A stretch of 64,000 nucleotides of DNA from Bugula neritina. Lineage: Eukaryota; Animalia; Bryozoa. The stretch spans positions 9,763,751-9,827,750 of the forward strand of contig OZ037773.1 of the NCBI GenBank assembly GCA_964035545.1, given 5' to 3'. The translations under genes and the position numbers were made by a program. The notes under the pieces were generated by a model, which saw only the letters and a list, made by a program, of their open reading frames with translations, made no database searches and was not told the DNA's origin. This document shows positions 62,763 through 64,000 of the stretch, in pieces (positions within the stretch are counted from its first letter, which is position 1; each line of letters opens with the position of its first letter).

Positions 62763-63812
62763 ATGTGGAAAATTTTAAACGTATTCAGTTTAATTGTCGG
62801 TCTTCTGACAGTTCATCTTGTGCTAATAGCTGTACAAAGAGTCAACAAATGTGAAGAAGAATCCGAAACACGGTGGGAGGAGATACAAGAGTTGAATGAG
62901 TATATATACTCTAAGAGGCAGCTGCTCCAGCTAGGCATGGCACCCAACTCCTCAGAGACATATATTGAAGATGTCTTCATAGCATTGAAGTCTACGAAGA
63001 GTAACCATTACACTAGAGTGAAGCTCTTGCTAGATACGTGGATATCAATGGCTCCCGATTCAGTAAGTTTCATTGATACTTTTAATTAGCTCAGTAATAC
63101 AATATAGGTATATGTAATATAGGTAATATAATGTTTTGTACTTTTTACCGCCATAGCCTTATACTATTCAGAAGTTGGAGTTATCTTATATAAGCCATGT
63201 CGTGGATATAATTTTTACTAAATTCTATACCTACTCCATAAGTTTCTACGCTTCATATATATACTTTTCATTCTTGTTTGGAAACAGTTGCGTGGAATAA
63301 AAATTAAACCCCAATTTCTTCTGACAAGCATGTCTGTCTGTATAATATGAAGGAATGAAAACACAGTGATGTTCTATTACAATGTTTTAGGTCTATTTAA
63401 TAACAGATGCTGCGGATAACAATACCTCACAGAGGTTTGGTAAGGACACATGCATCTACTATAAACACTATGAAGGAAATAAATGTATTTTTTTCTCGTC
63501 AATACCTATGAATTATAGCAATAGTTGAAGTTAAAGTAGAAAAATGATATGTTTTTGTTATATTTGAATTTGTGCATATATATAGTAAAAATCCTCCATT
63601 ATTAGCCTACTGCATGATTCTGGCATACTTCAATATAAGTTACACTACCACTAGGTGTATAATCTGTGGTTCTTAGGCTACGTTGTTTGCTGAGATTATA
63701 TTCACAATGCAGGGTCTGTTTTTGTTGGGCAAAATATTTATTTAAAGTGAGAATATTTTTTAGGAAATGGATCACGCTATGTACAAGCTAATTGCACGCC
63801 ATCACATTTAGC
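62763..63812 (+). CDS. fng: Fringe-like beta-1,3-N-acetylglucosaminyltransferase (GT31), 5' part; continues past window end
   Basis: Exons 62763-63062, 63391-63439, 63764-63812: N-terminal type II membrane anchor, then EDVFIALKSTKSNHYTRVKLLLDTWISMAPDS-VYLITDAAD...YVQANCTPSH, matching Fringe DVFIAVKTTKKFH..RL.LLL.TWIS..TFIFTD.ED...V.TNCS..H. Confidence 0.78.
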
Positions 63813-64000
63813 GTAAGTGAAACACTGTTTTTCAATCATGTGCAATTAAATATATAAATAATTATAGAAAAATATTTTGCATGCTAATTTGTGTATATAT
63901 AATATGCTATATTATATTGGGTTGTGGGTTGATATGGGAATAGAGTACACATTTGCAGAAACTACGGTTTCTGTGCGCATCTATATTATGCACCATTTTT

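Overview
AT-rich, intron-dense invertebrate (metazoan) genomic DNA with many long (TA)n microsatellites; most ORFs in the supplied track are TA-repeat artefacts. Manual exon assembly (GT/AG boundaries, matching phases, totals divisible by 3) gives: (1) a cluster of four paralogs of a secreted ~630-aa protein family with signal peptide, PAN/apple-like Cys domain, small Cys-rich module and THREE tandem CTHRC1 C-terminal-like domains but no collagen helix (partial copy D at the left edge, complete copies A 4641-14275 -, B 21891-32437 +, C 51250-61913 +), showing hypervariable loops, patchwork gene-conversion-like similarity, a paired Cys loss and one GC-AG intron; (2) a small secreted Tyr/Arg/His-rich two-TSP1 protein (37425-42624 +); (3) a GABP-beta ankyrin gene (43717-48922 -) with several splice junctions tandemly duplicated; (4) the 5' end of a Fringe-like glycosyltransferase; (5) an orphan DEG/ENaC TM2 pseudo-exon; (6) Penelope-like retroelements (an inverted-pLTR Naiad-type copy and two 3' fragments) plus a ~115-bp non-autonomous element, all inserted at (TA)n and together carrying seven minimal hammerhead ribozyme motifs of four sequence types; (7) tRNA-derived SINEs, a Harbinger-type MITE and a probable solo LTR. 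Family assignments come from motif recognition, not database searches.
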